Shown here piece by piece: positions 34,091-34,842 of a DNA stretch of 34,842 nt. The DNA is taken from NCBI RefSeq assembly GCF_004010195.1, contig NC_057720.1, positions 285,691 to 320,532 of the forward strand, in the 5' to 3' direction. A program made the position numbers and the translations under genes. A model generated the notes under the pieces. The model worked only from the letters and a program-made list of their open reading frames with translations. It searched no databases and had not been told where the DNA came from. The first letter of the stretch is position 1. Each line of letters begins with the position of its first letter. The DNA is from Chiloscyllium plagiosum (Eukaryota).

Positions 34091-34774
34091 TACAATGGGC
34101 GGAAAGGCTCTAGATCTCTGCAGTGATGTCGTGACAGGTGCTGTGGCAATGGAATAAACAATGATTCTGCAGAAATCATGTTATTTCCCATAAAGGGAAA
34201 GCTTTGTCACCTCGTTTCCGGCCCCCCCACTGACAGTCGATTTTTCAGCCTCTGTTTGATTGGTGAATTGCCACTGGCCTTGGAACAGTAATGAGCTCAC
34301 TAACGTTCCCTGAGGTGAGAGGCTGGAATAAGTTCCTTAATTGCTTCAAGGGCTTTCATAAAGTCTCTGGTGATTCTCAACCATCTGAAATGAGGCCAGC
34401 CGTCCCACTGGGGGATCAGATTAAAGTCACTGTCAGCCCTTGTTGTCCAATGCTGTCAGGATGAGATGAGCTGTTCTGTAAATTGCAGCAATTGACATGT
34501 TCCTTCCATCAGTAAACTGCCTGCCTGTGACCCCTCCACCCCCTCCATTCATTCACACCATCAACGAGTGACCTGTCCACACCTGCTCCCTCCCAGCTGC
34601 TGCCCACATCAATAATTCCAGCTCCGGCATTCCGATTAATCAGAGCCTGACTCATCCTGCACTCCCTCAACATCTGGTTTAACCCTCTCCTCACCATCTC
34701 CAGCTGGGACACAATGGAGTACCTCTGTTCAACAATATTCTCATGGTGTCTGGCTGGTTCACCTCTCGTCATTC

Positions 34775-34842
34775 CTGTTACCTCCTCCAGCCCCTACACC
34801 CCTCCCTATCCCTGTAACCTCCTCCCGACCCTACACACCTCC
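34775..34842. repeat. 38-nt minisatellite, truncated by the window end
   Basis: cctcctccagcccctacacccctccctatccctgtaacctcctcc. Confidence 0.85.

Noticed and set aside
33532..34157. Repetitive ORFs (RHSLSTDP.., GSVLRECCTVR..) and a CRISPR-like periodic array
   Set aside because: These are head-to-tail 33-nt units with no unique spacers, no cas genes, in a vertebrate intron. The ORFs arise from the 11-codon period.

Overview
Eukaryotic genomic DNA, most likely from a shark, inferred from HE1/V-SINE, Deu-domain SINE and CR1 repeat content. It is a draft assembly with four N-gaps. The only gene is an internal part of a clade-B fibrillar collagen on the minus strand, closest to COL11A1, although col5a3-lineage or col11a2 orthology is not excluded. 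Eleven GT-AG, phase-0 exons (45,54,45,54,54,54,108,90,54,108,108 nt) splice into 774 nt, or 86 uninterrupted Gly-X-Y triplets, roughly equivalent to human COL11A1 exons 33-43 as recalled from memory. The introns are packed with CR1-type LINE fragments (several nested), HE1/V-SINEs, a SINE sharing its tail with a LINE, a probable solo LTR, and mini- and microsatellites. The most interesting non-coding signal is a group of short palindromic, probably Penelope-derived insertions carrying hammerhead-ribozyme-like cores. The only intact core is antisense to the gene, and all sense-oriented cores are deleted or mutated. I found no convincing novel protein-coding system. Repeat family names and human sequence comparisons are from memory, and repeat boundaries are approximate.
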